Assembly: GCA_964433455.1 (NCBI GenBank)
Contig: CAYSSF010000002.1
Span: forward strand, 7,950-71,393
DNA from: an uncultured Syntrophaceae bacterium
GTDB taxonomy: Bacteria; Desulfobacterota; Syntrophia; Syntrophales; UBA5619
Direction: 5' to 3'
DNA: 63,444 nt
Shown here: in pieces, positions 45,169 to 54,675 of the stretch
Layout of the letters: each line of letters opens with the position of its first letter
How positions within the stretch are numbered: position 1 is the stretch's first letter
Made by a program: the position numbers and the translations under genes
The notes under the pieces: generated by a model
The model's database searches: none
What the model was told of the DNA's origin: nothing
Seen by the model: only the letters and a program-made list of their open reading frames with translations

Positions 45169-47024
45169 GCGCTCCCTCCTGCGGCATCGATTTTTACGGC
45201 GTCGCCGCCTGCGGGAACATCATCGGCCGTTCCCCCGAGGGGAGAGGTCAGGCGCGGCTCATCCGCCGATTCCGGTTCCCGAAAAAGGGGAAAGGAGAGC
45301 GAAACCGTCGTGCCGCGACCCAGGACGCTGTCGATGATCACCCGTCCACGGTGGGCCATCATCAGGTGTTTGACGATGGACAACCCCAACCCCGTGCCGC
45401 CCATCTCCCGGGAGCGCATCTTGTCTGCGCGGTAGAAGCGCTCGCCCAGCCTCGGGATCTCGCCCTTCGGGATGCCGACGCCCGTATCGCTGATCCGGAC
45501 GGTCAGGTTCTCTTTATCGCCCGGTGAAGTCGTGATGGAAATCGTTCCGCCCGCCGGGGTAAATTTGATTGCATTATCGAGAATATTGATCAGAATCTGC
45601 GCCAGCCGGTCCCGGTCGGCGTGGATCAGCGGAAGTTCCCCGGCAATCTCTTTCCGGATCGTCAATCCCTTTTCCCCGGCCCTCGCCTCGACAACGGTCA
45701 GAACCTGGTCGAACGCCTCTTCGATCCGTATCCCCTCCAGGTGGAGCTTGGCCTCGCCCAGTTCGAGACCGGACAAGGTCAGCAGATCGTCCACGAGGCG
45801 GTTCAGCCGTTCGGCGTTCTCCCGGATCGTGCCCAGGAACTTCCGGGCCGTCTCCGGGTCTTCGAATGCGCCCTGCTGCAGGGTTTCCGCAAACCCGATG
45901 ATCGCCGTCAGGGGCGTCCGGATCTCGTGGGTGACGTTGGCCACGAAATCGGTCCGCGTCCGTTCGAGCTTCTTCAGACGCGTCACGTCGTGGAAAACCA
46001 GAATGGTTTTCCGCTCCCCGCCGGTCTCGCCATGAAAGGCGGAGAAGGTGACGTCCATCATGACGGGAGGGTACTCTCCCAAACCGATCTCCTCGCTGAT
46101 GGTCTCTTCCCGCTGCCGGAACCGTTCCAGGGCGTCGTGGAGTTCGCTGTTCCTGAATGCTCCCAGGAGTGTCTTTCCTGTCACGTCCCCGTGCAAACGG
46201 CCGGTCATCTTCTCCATCCCCCGGTTGACCGACTCGATCCGGTTTTCGGCATCCAGGACGACGACCCCTTCCTGCATGCTGGAGAATACCGATTCAAGTT
46301 TTCGTTTTTCCGCGTCGGCCGCCTGGATTTTTTTTTGGAGGGCCTCAACCATTTCGTTAATGCATTCAGCAAGTTGTCCTATTTCATCCTGGGAGTCGAC
46401 CCGCAAGGCTCCCGCGATGTACCCCGTGCGGACCTGGCCGGCGAATGCCGCCAGTCTGCGGATGGGGGAGAGCATCTTCAGAGAAAACAAGAACGCGATC
46501 GTCAGGGAGACGACAACGATGGCAAGAAGAATACCGAAAACGGTTTTTCCCATCCCCCGGGTGGCCAGCGCGATTTCGGTGAGGGGACGGGAGAGACGGA
46601 TGTATCCGGTTATCCGCGATTCCTCCCGAAGAGGGACGGCGACGTAGATCATATCCTTCTTCAGCGTGAGGCTGTAGCGAACCGCCTTCCCGACCCCCTT
46701 CAGACGGGCTTGCTCGATCTCCGGGCGATCGAGGTGATTGTCCATCTTCCGGCCGTCGCGCTCCGAATCCGCAGTAACCAGGCCCGCGGCGTCGATCAAC
46801 GTCAGACGGGCACGGGTGCGCTCCGCCAGTTCCGCGGCATGCCTCGCGATCTCTCGCGCCGGCATCAGCGCGATGACCCGCGCCTCGGCCGTTACTTCGT
46901 CATCGATTCGTGCGGTGAGGTCCGTCGTCAGCTCCCGTTCGATCAGGAAACCGGCGACCGCGACGACCGCAATACCGACGGCGAGAAAGGCGAAAAAGAA
47001 TTTATGGAAGAGGCGAATCTTCAT
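45165..47024 (-). CDS. phoR: phosphate regulon sensor histidine kinase PhoR
   Basis: Two TMs, HAMP, PAS, H-box FVANVTHEIRTPLTAI, and ATPase motifs DTGVGIP and GTGLGLSIV. Operon position lies between phoU and phoB. Confidence 0.85.
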   Translation of the reverse strand: MKIRLFHKFFFAFLAVGIAVVAVAGFLIERELTTDLTARIDDEVTAEARVIALMPAREIARHAAELAERTRARLTLIDAAGLVTADSERDGRKMDNHLDRPEIEQARLKGVGKAVRYSLTLKKDMIYVAVPLREESRITGYIRLSRPLTEIALATRGMGKTVFGILLAIVVVSLTIAFLFSLKMLSPIRRLAAFAGQVRTGYIAGALRVDSQDEIGQLAECINEMVEALQKKIQAADAEKRKLESVFSSMQEGVVVLDAENRIESVNRGMEKMTGRLHGDVTGKTLLGAFRNSELHDALERFRQREETISEEIGLGEYPPVMMDVTFSAFHGETGGERKTILVFHDVTRLKKLERTRTDFVANVTHEIRTPLTAIIGFAETLQQGAFEDPETARKFLGTIRENAERLNRLVDDLLTLSGLELGEAKLHLEGIRIEEAFDQVLTVVEARAGEKGLTIRKEIAGELPLIHADRDRLAQILINILDNAIKFTPAGGTISITTSPGDKENLTVRISDTGVGIPKGEIPRLGERFYRADKMRSREMGGTGLGLSIVKHLMMAHRGRVIIDSVLGRGTTVSLSFPLFREPESADEPRLTSPLGGTADDVPAGGDAVKIDAAGGSA

Positions 47025-47710
47025 CCGTTCTCCGCAAATGGCGGCTTGTGCCGAACGCTCTTTCCGGTGACCATGTAAATCACCATGTCGGCGATACCCT
47101 CCGCATGGTCGGACACCCTCTCCAGAAGTTTGGATATCTGGGAGATGATAAGCGCCCGGTGAATCGTCTGCGGATTTTCCATCATGAAGGTAAGCAGCTC
47201 GCGGAATATCTGCTCGTTGAGATTATCGATGATCTCGTCATCCTTTCTGACCTTGTGGGCTAATGCCACATCTTCGTTGACGAAGGCATCCAGGCTTTCC
47301 TTGATCATACCCTGCGCGATTTCCGCCATCCTCGGCAGGTCGACATAGGGCTTCAATTGGGATTCCTGGTTCAAAATGATGGCCTTTTCCGCAATGTTGG
47401 CGGCCATATCGCCGATCCGCTCCAGATGCCCGTTGATCTTGATCGCCGTGGCGATGAACCTCAAGTCCCTGGCCGCGGGCTGCCGCAGGGCCAGAAGGCG
47501 GATGCATTTTTCCTCTATCTCCGTATCCAGCCTGTCAATCAGGTTGTCATTGGCGATGACCTTCCGCGCCAGCTCCGTGTCCCGGTTTAGAAGGGCAACG
47601 ATTCCCTCTTCAATGGCCTTTTCCGTCAGTGCACCCACGTAGATCAGGCTCTCCTTTACCTCCCGCAACTCCTTATCGTACTGGATGTTGATATGCCTTT
47701 TTTCTTCCAT
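47021..47710 (-). CDS. phoU: phosphate signalling complex protein PhoU
   Basis: Two PhoU repeats (RLLALRQPAARDLR, E.IGD.A.NIA / ERVSDHAEGIA). ATG 47710 has GAAAGGAG upstream; the track start at 47731 is TTG. Confidence 0.88.
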   Translation of the reverse strand: MEEKRHINIQYDKELREVKESLIYVGALTEKAIEEGIVALLNRDTELARKVIANDNLIDRLDTEIEEKCIRLLALRQPAARDLRFIATAIKINGHLERIGDMAANIAEKAIILNQESQLKPYVDLPRMAEIAQGMIKESLDAFVNEDVALAHKVRKDDEIIDNLNEQIFRELLTFMMENPQTIHRALIISQISKLLERVSDHAEGIADMVIYMVTGKSVRHKPPFAENG

Positions 47711-47723
47711 AGGGCTCCTTTCA

Positions 47724-48488
47724 TCAACCAAACCTTCCGGTTACGTAATCTTCAGTGAGTTTTTGGGATGGCGTGGTGAATATCTTGTCCGTCCGGTCGA
47801 ACTCGATCAGCTCCCCGAGCATCAAAAAACCGGTCCAATCGGAAATCCGTGCCGCTTGCTGCATATTGTGCGTAACGATGATAATGGTGATGTCCTTTTT
47901 CAGGATTTCCATAAGCTCCTCGATCTTCGCGGTGGACAATGGATCAAGGGCGGAAGTGGGCTCGTCAAAGAGCAGTATTTCCGGATTAACGGCCAGGGCC
48001 CTCGCAATGACGAGTCTCTGCTGTTGTCCGCCGGAGAGCGCATAGGCGCTGGATTTGAGCTTGTCCTTCACCTCGGCCCATAAATTCGCATGGTGGAGGG
48101 CTTTCTCAACCAGTTCGGCCTGATCGGCTGTTTTTTTGATGCCCTTCAGTTTAAGGCCATAGGCGATATTGTCGAATACGCTCATCGGGAAAGGGGTTGG
48201 CTTTTGAAAGACCATCCCGATGCGGCTTCGGAGGTCGATCAGATCCATCGGGTTTTTGAGGATGTTCTCGCCGCGCAGCAGGATCTCCCCTTCGTACCGG
48301 TTGTTGGGGTAGAGGTCATGCATCCGGTTGAAACAGCGGAGCAGGGTCGTCTTGCCGCACCCGGAGGGGCCTATCAAAGCTGTTACCGAATTTTTATACA
48401 CCGGCAGATGGATGTTCTTCAGGGCCTGAGAATTCCCGGGGTAATAGAAGTTCAAGTTGTTGACTTTGATTTCGATCGACTCGGGCAC
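47724..48488 (-). CDS. pstB: phosphate ABC transporter ATP-binding protein PstB
   Basis: [27 protein letters not shown] start at 48488-48486 has GGAGG 7 nt upstream and overlaps the pstA TAG (TAGTG). The track start at 48572 lies inside pstA. Confidence 0.9.
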   Translation of the reverse strand: MPESIEIKVNNLNFYYPGNSQALKNIHLPVYKNSVTALIGPSGCGKTTLLRCFNRMHDLYPNNRYEGEILLRGENILKNPMDLIDLRSRIGMVFQKPTPFPMSVFDNIAYGLKLKGIKKTADQAELVEKALHHANLWAEVKDKLKSSAYALSGGQQQRLVIARALAVNPEILLFDEPTSALDPLSTAKIEELMEILKKDITIIIVTHNMQQAARISDWTGFLMLGELIEFDRTDKIFTTPSQKLTEDYVTGRFG

Positions 48489-49327
48489 TATTTGTACCTC
48501 CACTTGATGATCAACCTTCCCAGAATGGTGAGTAGAAGGATAAAAACCGTAATGACAAAGGACGCCGCCCATGCCTGGGCGTGCCAGCTCTTGTAGGGAC
48601 CCATCGCGTACTGAAAAATCGTCGCCGTCAGGGAAGACATGGGGTGATTCATATCCAGCGAGAAAAAAGAGTTGTTAAACGAGGTGAACAGCAGCGGCGC
48701 GGTCTCGCCGGCGACCCGGGCGATGGAAAGAAGGATGCCGGTCAGGATGCCGGTTGCGGCGCCCCGGTAAACGATCTGGATGATCACCTTGTAATAGGGC
48801 GCCCCGAGGGCAAAGGCCGCCTCCCGCAGTTCCCACGGCACCAGGGACAGCATATCTTCCGTTGTCCGGAGGACGACGGGAATCATGATGATGGCGAGGG
48901 CGACCGCCCCGGCCCATCCGCTGAAATGTCCAACGGGTTTCACCAGGACCGCATAGACGAAGGTTCCGATGACGATGGAAGGAACGCTCACCACGATGTC
49001 GGAGAGAATGCTGATGATCCTGGCGATCTTTTTGCCCCGTGCATACTCGGCCAGGAATGTCCCCCCGAGCACCCCGATCGGGACCCCGATCAGAGACGCG
49101 CAGAAGGTGATCATCAACTGGCCGACGAAAGCATGTCGCAGGCCCCCGCCTTCAACGCCGAGCGGCACAGGGTCATTGATGAACAGCGCCGGATTGAGCG
49201 CCCGCATCCCGTGCACGAGCACATCTCCGAGGATAAAGACCAGCCAGAACAACCCCAGAATGGCGGAAAACGTGCAGAGCCATAGGGCGACCACCCCTTC
49301 CGTTTTGCGTATCTGCTCTCTCGTCAT
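48488..49327 (-). CDS. pstA: phosphate ABC transporter permease PstA
   Basis: Polytopic permease with [23 protein letters not shown]. It overlaps the pstC end. Confidence 0.88.
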   Translation of the reverse strand: MTREQIRKTEGVVALWLCTFSAILGLFWLVFILGDVLVHGMRALNPALFINDPVPLGVEGGGLRHAFVGQLMITFCASLIGVPIGVLGGTFLAEYARGKKIARIISILSDIVVSVPSIVIGTFVYAVLVKPVGHFSGWAGAVALAIIMIPVVLRTTEDMLSLVPWELREAAFALGAPYYKVIIQIVYRGAATGILTGILLSIARVAGETAPLLFTSFNNSFFSLDMNHPMSSLTATIFQYAMGPYKSWHAQAWAASFVITVFILLLTILGRLIIKWRYK

Positions 49328-50265
49328 CTTGCATGCCTCCGCTCCGCCCGCAGGAGAAAGAATTTCGCGATGGCAAGGAATACGAAACTCATCACAAACA
49401 GGATGAGGGCGAGGTAAAAGAGCGATGAAAGGTAAATATCATTATCCGCCTCGGTAAATTCATTGGCCAAGGTTACCGTGATCGTCGCGGCGCTGTCAAA
49501 GAGCGAGGTGAATATCCGGTGGTTGTTCCCCAGGACAAAGGCGACGGCCATGGTCTCGCCGAGGGCGCGTCCCAGGGAAAAGAGGATTCCCCCGAAAACA
49601 CCAATCTTTGAATAGGGAATAACGATATTTTTCACCACCTCCCACCTGGTCGCCCCCAGGGCGTAGGCCGATTCCTTGACGACGTCCGGCGTCAGATTGA
49701 ATGCGTCTCTCGCGATGCTTGCCGTAAAGGGAACGATCATGATGCTCAGGATGACGCTTGCCGTTAAAATATCAATGCCCATGGGCGTTCCTTGAAACAG
49801 GACGCCGACCAGCGGAATGTCGGCGGTGGCTCTTTGGAGAAGCGGCTCGACATAGTTGCCCATGATCGGAGAAAGGGTGAAAAACCCCCACATGCCGTAG
49901 ATGATGCTCGGAATGGCAGCCAGGAGCTCTATAGCGATTCCAATGGGCCCTTTCAGGAAATTCGGCGATACTTCGGTGATGAAGATCGCAATACCCAGGG
50001 CGACGGGGATTGCCATGACAAGCGACAGGACCGTGGTAACGACGGTTCCATAGATGCTGGTCAATGCGCCGAAGGACTCCTTGACCGGATCCCAGTCTGT
50101 GGAAGTAAGGAATTGGATGACGCCGAACTTTTCTATCGCCGGGGAGGATTCCCTGATAAGAACGAACAGAATTCCGATCACGAAGACGATAACCGTGCAG
50201 GAGGCGACGGCGGTAATCGCCGAGAAGATGATATCACCCGGATTTCTTTTAAATGTAACGGCCAT
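49324..50265 (-). CDS. pstC: phosphate ABC transporter permease PstC
   Basis: Polytopic permease with KESAYALGATRWEVVKNIVIPY. Operon position supports the call. Confidence 0.88.
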   Translation of the reverse strand: MAVTFKRNPGDIIFSAITAVASCTVIVFVIGILFVLIRESSPAIEKFGVIQFLTSTDWDPVKESFGALTSIYGTVVTTVLSLVMAIPVALGIAIFITEVSPNFLKGPIGIAIELLAAIPSIIYGMWGFFTLSPIMGNYVEPLLQRATADIPLVGVLFQGTPMGIDILTASVILSIMIVPFTASIARDAFNLTPDVVKESAYALGATRWEVVKNIVIPYSKIGVFGGILFSLGRALGETMAVAFVLGNNHRIFTSLFDSAATITVTLANEFTEADNDIYLSSLFYLALILFVMSFVFLAIAKFFLLRAERRHAR

Positions 50266-50352
50266 TTAAAATATTCCTCTGCAATTCCAATAAGAACGAA
50301 GCGGGACGGGCAAGGATCTTACCCGCCCCGCCGCTGTCCGGCACCGCCTGTT

Positions 50353-51363
50353 TCATTGAGCGCCATTCGCCTTCCAGTAGGCCCTGATCTTGTCCTTCAA
50401 TGATTTCGGCAACGGCACGTAGACCAGTTCCTTTGCCTTGGGATCTCCATTCCTGAAGGCCCAGTCGAAAAATTTGACCACATTCCGGTTGGCTTCCGCC
50501 TTCTCCTGGGCAAGGAGGATGAAGGTGGCTCCCGCGATGGGCCATGAATTTTTCCCCGGTGCATTCACGAGCCAGAGATAAAAATGGTTTTTCGGATCGA
50601 ACGTGCCGGTGTCCGCGGCATCCTCAAAAGCATCGAAGCTCGGTGTTACAAAAGTTCCGGCGGAATTTTTAAGGAGCGTATAGGTAAGCTTGTTCTGCTC
50701 TGCATAGGCAAATTCCACGTAGCCGACGGAGTTTGCCGTCCTTTGCACATAGTTGGCCACCCCTTCGTTCCCCTTGCCGCCGATACCGGCAGGCCATTTT
50801 ACCGAAGTGCCCGCTCCCACTTTTGCCTTCCAGTCGGGAGAGACAGCACTAAGGTATTCCGTAAACAGCGCCGTAGTCCCCGATCCGTCCGACCGGTGGA
50901 CCACCGTGATCTCATCATGAGATAATTTGAGATTGGGATTCAAGGACTTAATTTTGTTGTCATTCCAATATTTAATTTCTCCCAGGAAGATTTTTGCGGT
51001 AGCTTCGGCGTCAAGCCTCATGTCGCCCGGTTTCACGCCGGCGATGTTGACCACCGGCACCACGCCGCCGATGACGGCGGGGAATTGCAGCAGCTTCACC
51101 TTGGCAAGCGCCTCCGGCGTCAAAGGTGCATCGGACGCCCCGAAATCCACGGTTCTCTCGGTAATCTGCCGGATTCCACCGCCTGAGCCGATGGACTGGT
51201 AGTTGAGCTGTACCCCGGTCGTCTTGTTGTAATCAAAGGCCCAGGCCGAGTAAACGGGATAAGGGAAACTTGCCCCCGCACCGTTCAGTCTCTCCGCCGC
51301 CTCCGCGCCGGTAAAGGATAACACACATGCCAACACCGCTGCAACTTTGAAAATCCCTTTCAT
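50353..51363 (-). CDS. pstS: high-affinity phosphate-binding protein PstS (canonical long type)
   Basis: Signal peptide, GAGASFPYPVY, YQSIGSGGGI and FGASDAP motifs as in E. coli-type PstS. AGAAGGAGG RBS. Confidence 0.92.
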   Translation of the reverse strand: MKGIFKVAAVLACVLSFTGAEAAERLNGAGASFPYPVYSAWAFDYNKTTGVQLNYQSIGSGGGIRQITERTVDFGASDAPLTPEALAKVKLLQFPAVIGGVVPVVNIAGVKPGDMRLDAEATAKIFLGEIKYWNDNKIKSLNPNLKLSHDEITVVHRSDGSGTTALFTEYLSAVSPDWKAKVGAGTSVKWPAGIGGKGNEGVANYVQRTANSVGYVEFAYAEQNKLTYTLLKNSAGTFVTPSFDAFEDAADTGTFDPKNHFYLWLVNAPGKNSWPIAGATFILLAQEKAEANRNVVKFFDWAFRNGDPKAKELVYVPLPKSLKDKIRAYWKANGAQ

Positions 51364-51439
51364 ATTTCCTCCTTCTGCTGAATTTGACCATCCTTTGGAT
51401 GTCCGTTCCTCGAATACGAGGGGAATCTATACCTTGATT

Positions 51440-51479
51440 GTTACAACCATGTGACAGCGCGATGAACTTTTCGTTACAC
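51440..51479 (-). promoter_or_regulatory. Pho-box array (4 phased heptamers) upstream of pstSCAB-phoU-phoRB
   Basis: Minus strand reads GTGTAAC(51479-51473), AGTTCAT(51468-51462), CTGTCAC(51457-51451), TTGTAAC(51446-51440) at exactly 11-bp spacing, 77 nt before ATG 51363. This is the expected location for PhoB boxes. Confidence 0.75.
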
Positions 51480-51687
51480 TTTATCCGGCGTCTGCCCATG
51501 GACGGCCGGCCTCGCCATTCGTCCGGACTGCCGCGTGTGAGCCGATCCGGAGAAAGATGGAAGCCTTTGTCAATCGCCTGCCGAAACAAAGCACCGGCAC
51601 GACGCCAGACACACGACGCCAGCGCAATTGTAATTTTACAAAATCGGGTGTAAGATGGGTTCCCATATCGGGAAAAGGAGGCACGTC

Positions 51688-52305
51688 ATGAAGATCTTTA
51701 TCGTCTATTATTCCATGTATGGCCATATCCACCGGATGGCGGAAGCGGTCCGGGAAGGCGCCGGAGAAATCGGCGGGGCGGATGTTCGTCTCTACCGCGT
51801 GCCCGAAACCCTCCCGGAAGAGGTCCTGAAAAATATGGGCGCCCTGGAGCCTCAGAAAGCGATGGCCCATGTCCCGGTCTGCAAGGTGGAAGACCTGCCC
51901 CAGGCGGATGCCATCATCTTCGGCACGCCCACGCGTTTCGGCAACATGTGCGGCCAAATGCGCCAGTTTCTCGATGCGACCGGGGAACTCTGGAGCCGGG
52001 GGGCTCTGGTCGGAAAGGTAGGCAGCGTCTTCACCAGCAGCGCAACCCAGCATGGCGGGCAGGAATCGACCATCCTCAGTTTTCATATCACCTTGCTGCA
52101 CCAGGGAATGGTCGTGGTCGGCCTGCCCTACAGTTTCGAGGGGCAGATGCGCATCGACGAGATCACCGGCGGATCGCCCTACGGGGCATCCACCATCGCG
52201 GGGGGGCGAGGCGAACGCATGCCGTCGGAGAATGAACTGGCCGCGGCCCGCTTTCAGGGAAGACATGTGGCCGGGATTGCGTCCAAGCTGTCCGGGAGAC
52301 CTTAA
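51688..52305 (+). CDS. wrbA: NAD(P)H:quinone oxidoreductase, WrbA-type flavodoxin-like protein
   Basis: [14 protein letters not shown]...[10 protein letters not shown]...GGQE...GSPYGAS is typical of WrbA. AGGAGG before ATG 51688; the track start is 51655. Confidence 0.88.
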   Translation: MKIFIVYYSMYGHIHRMAEAVREGAGEIGGADVRLYRVPETLPEEVLKNMGALEPQKAMAHVPVCKVEDLPQADAIIFGTPTRFGNMCGQMRQFLDATGELWSRGALVGKVGSVFTSSATQHGGQESTILSFHITLLHQGMVVVGLPYSFEGQMRIDEITGGSPYGASTIAGGRGERMPSENELAAARFQGRHVAGIASKLSGRP

Positions 52306-52363
52306 AGACGCAGGCCGCCGCAACCTCGGAGAGATTCCTCCGTCAACAATGAATGCCCCCTAC

Positions 52364-52427
52364 CGTCATTCCCGTGAAAGCGGGAATCCAGGACAGGGCC
52401 GGATGCCGGATCAAGTCCGGCATGACA
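52364..52427. repeat. double-hairpin intergenic repeat element (the widespread type whose frames read ...SRESGNPG... / ...LDSRFHGNDG...)
   Basis: Hairpin 1 is ATTCCCG(52368-52374) tgaaag CGGGAAT(52381-52387). Hairpin 2 is ATGCCGGA(52403-52410) tcaag TCCGGCAT(52416-52423). There is only one copy in this window. Confidence 0.55.
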
Positions 52428-52535
52428 ACTTTTAACATGTTTACTTGCCGAAGTAATAATCCCGCTCGGCAAATGGGGAAGTGAAGTTTTGCAGACCGCG
52501 GCCCGAGCAAACCGGCGATCAAAGGAGGAGAACGG

Positions 52536-52871
52536 ATGAACACGCAGGATAAATGCGATCAGGTTGATCAACCGCAGGATCTCGAAAAAGTACTGGCGGC
52601 CAAAGGCCGCGTGATCGCCCTGTGGTATGCCTCCTGGTGCCCTTTTTGCGCTAAGTTTCTGCCCATATTCGAGAAGTACGCCAAGGGGGAGGAGCGAAAG
52701 TTTCTGCTGGTCCGCGATGATCGGGAAAGCATGGGGGATCGCTATGCGGTGGAGATATTTCCAACCGTCCTTTTCTTTGAAAACGGCGCGGTTTCAAAAC
52801 GGCTGGATGGCATCCCGAGAGTGGGACTCACCGAAAAACACCTTGTGGACTTCATCGCAACATGCCCATAA
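52536..52871 (+). CDS. thioredoxin-fold protein (WCPFC active site)
   Basis: 111 aa. ALWYASWCPFCAKFLP motif and later FPTVLFFENG. AAAGGAGG RBS. Confidence 0.8.
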   Translation: MNTQDKCDQVDQPQDLEKVLAAKGRVIALWYASWCPFCAKFLPIFEKYAKGEERKFLLVRDDRESMGDRYAVEIFPTVLFFENGAVSKRLDGIPRVGLTEKHLVDFIATCP

Positions 52872-52971
52872 TCGGGGCATTTCTTAAGCGTCCGGAGGAA
52901 CGGATTTCAATCATCCGCCGGCCCGACGAAGGTTCCGGACAAAATGGACGGAGGAGGAGGTTTGGTCTGAT

Positions 52972-53676
52972 ATGGCAACACAACGCAAACAGCCTGTGCA
53001 AACGAAACAGCAGCCGAGATCCGCGACGAATGAAACGGCGGCCCGTATATTTCTGACCGGCTTCGTCTGCCTCTGCATCGGATTCGGAATCGGCTATCTG
53101 GTCGGCAAACCATCCGGGGGGGGAGGCGCCCCCATCGCATCACAGCCGTTCCAGTCGCAAACCTCCCCCGCATCCCAGGGTCAGCCGCCGGCACAGAATC
53201 CCGCCGTCGCAGCCCAAAACGAGGCCAGTCTCCGGGCGTTGCTGATGACCAACCCTAAAAATCTCGACGCCCTGATCCAACTCGGCAATCTCTATTACGA
53301 TCAGGGGCAGCACCAGCAGGCGGTTGAATGGTACGGCAAGGCGCTGGAGATCGATCCCCGGAATCCCAACGTCCGCACCGACCGGGGCAGCAGCTACTGG
53401 AGCCTCAACCGGCCCGACGAGGCCATCGCCGAGTTCAAGAAGTCTCTCCAGGTGGACCCGAATCACCAGCAGACCCTCTACAACCTGGGATTGGTTTACC
53501 TGCAGGGCAAGAACAATGTCGCGGAAGCAAGGAAGGCCTGGCAAGAGCTGCTGAAGATCAATCCAAATTACCCCAACCATGCCGATATCGAGCGGCAATT
53601 GGCCTCCATGGGGGCGCCTCCTCCGATCACGGCCCCGGCCGCGCAGAAAAACACCGGCGCCAGTGGAAAAAAATGA
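52972..53676 (+). CDS. membrane-anchored TPR-repeat protein
   Basis: N-terminal TM IFLTGFVCLCIGFGIGYLV, a low-complexity Pro/Gln linker, then TPR units (LGNLYYDQGQHQQAVEWYGKALEIDPRN, etc.). Confidence 0.8.
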   Translation: MATQRKQPVQTKQQPRSATNETAARIFLTGFVCLCIGFGIGYLVGKPSGGGGAPIASQPFQSQTSPASQGQPPAQNPAVAAQNEASLRALLMTNPKNLDALIQLGNLYYDQGQHQQAVEWYGKALEIDPRNPNVRTDRGSSYWSLNRPDEAIAEFKKSLQVDPNHQQTLYNLGLVYLQGKNNVAEARKAWQELLKINPNYPNHADIERQLASMGAPPPITAPAAQKNTGASGKK

Positions 53677-53694
53677 CGACCGGAGGCGGTTTAA

Positions 53695-54060
53695 TCACCC
53701 GGCCTCGATAAAATCGTCCGCCAACGGCGGAGAGGTGAAGAATTCGACGTAGCGGAAATCGCGGTCGGAGCGGTTGACCGTGGTGTGTTTCTCCCCGGCG
53801 GGGATGAGGAGCACATCCCCGGGGCGGATGACGGTCTCTTCCCCCTCGATGATCTCCACCGCCTCGCCGCTCACCGGGATCAGAATCGATTCCCGGTTTT
53901 GGTGGTAATGGTAAGGCACCCGACTTCCCGGAACCAGCAGGCCGAACATCCCGCCCAAGGCAAGGAACCCCTCCCCGTCGAGTTTGATTTCGGGCCGGTA
54001 AGGTTCGCCGGGCGTCGGATTCTCGATCGCGCAGAGCTCGTCCATTTTGATGATCTTCAT
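53695..54060 (-). CDS. cupin-domain protein
   Basis: 121 aa. YHYHQNRESILIPVSGE...GDVLLIPAGEKH matches the cupin motifs G(X)5HXH...G(X)5PXG...H. Confidence 0.75.
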   Translation of the reverse strand: MKIIKMDELCAIENPTPGEPYRPEIKLDGEGFLALGGMFGLLVPGSRVPYHYHQNRESILIPVSGEAVEIIEGEETVIRPGDVLLIPAGEKHTTVNRSDRDFRYVEFFTSPPLADDFIEAG

Positions 54061-54675
54061 GGAAACTCCCTATTCTGTGAAAGGCCGGCATTTAACGGCA
54101 GCACCTTTGGCCCGTCCCCCGGATCCGGTGTTCCCGGCATTCGTCGGGATGGTCATTTCAACAGGACCGTTCGATCCTTCTTCCGGTAGCCCCTGATTTT
54201 GGGATATCCGTATTGAAAGAACAGAACGACGGCGATCAAGAGGAGCAGCACAATGCTCAGCCCGACACCGTGAACCGATCTGAAGACCGGAAAGGCCACT
54301 TCTCCCCGGCAGCGCCGCCGGCGCGTTCAGGGTCATGAGCAGGAAAGATCAAAACATGATTACCAGTACCCATTGCCGTTTCAGCCCGCTCCTGAGTAAC
54401 TTCAAAAGTTACTCCCTGATAAACCGCTTCGCGGGGCGTGAGTCGCTATTTTGTTATTGGTTCCCAAGAGCCTGAGGCAAGAATCTGACGGGTCTTTTGC
54501 ACACGCAAACAGGAATTTTGTCAAGTTTTTTGTGCATGTTTTAAATCCGGTTGACTTAACCGGAGACTTCTCCTATCCTCCCGCGCAAAAATAGGCATTG
54601 TTTTGCGGGGCACAGGAGGATCCTCTCTCCGGTAAACACCCCCGCACCGCATCGATTGATTTGAAGGAGTGAGAA

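Noticed and set aside
51628-51656. TTGTAA-n17-TAAGAT upstream of wrbA, overlapping the palindrome TTGTAATTTTACAA
   Set aside because: It is plausible as a sigma70-type promoter/operator, but it rests on two weak hexamers in an AT-rich patch. I did not list it as a feature.
54160-54300. Possible 48-aa membrane peptide on the minus strand (VAFPVFRSVHGVGLSIVLLLLIAVVLFFQYGYPKIRGYRKKDRTVLLK)
   Set aside because: It has only a GTG start immediately adjacent to a G-rich stretch, so the spacing is too short for an RBS. It overlaps another listed ORF (54070-54336) that is equally unconvincing. There is not enough evidence to call either.
54394-54414. Perfect 9-3-9 palindrome GAGTAACTT-caa-AAGTTACTC upstream of the CoADR-RHD gene
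   Set aside because: It could be an operator, but it lies about 260 nt from the start codon, no adjacent regulator gene is present, and it is a single occurrence. Noted only.
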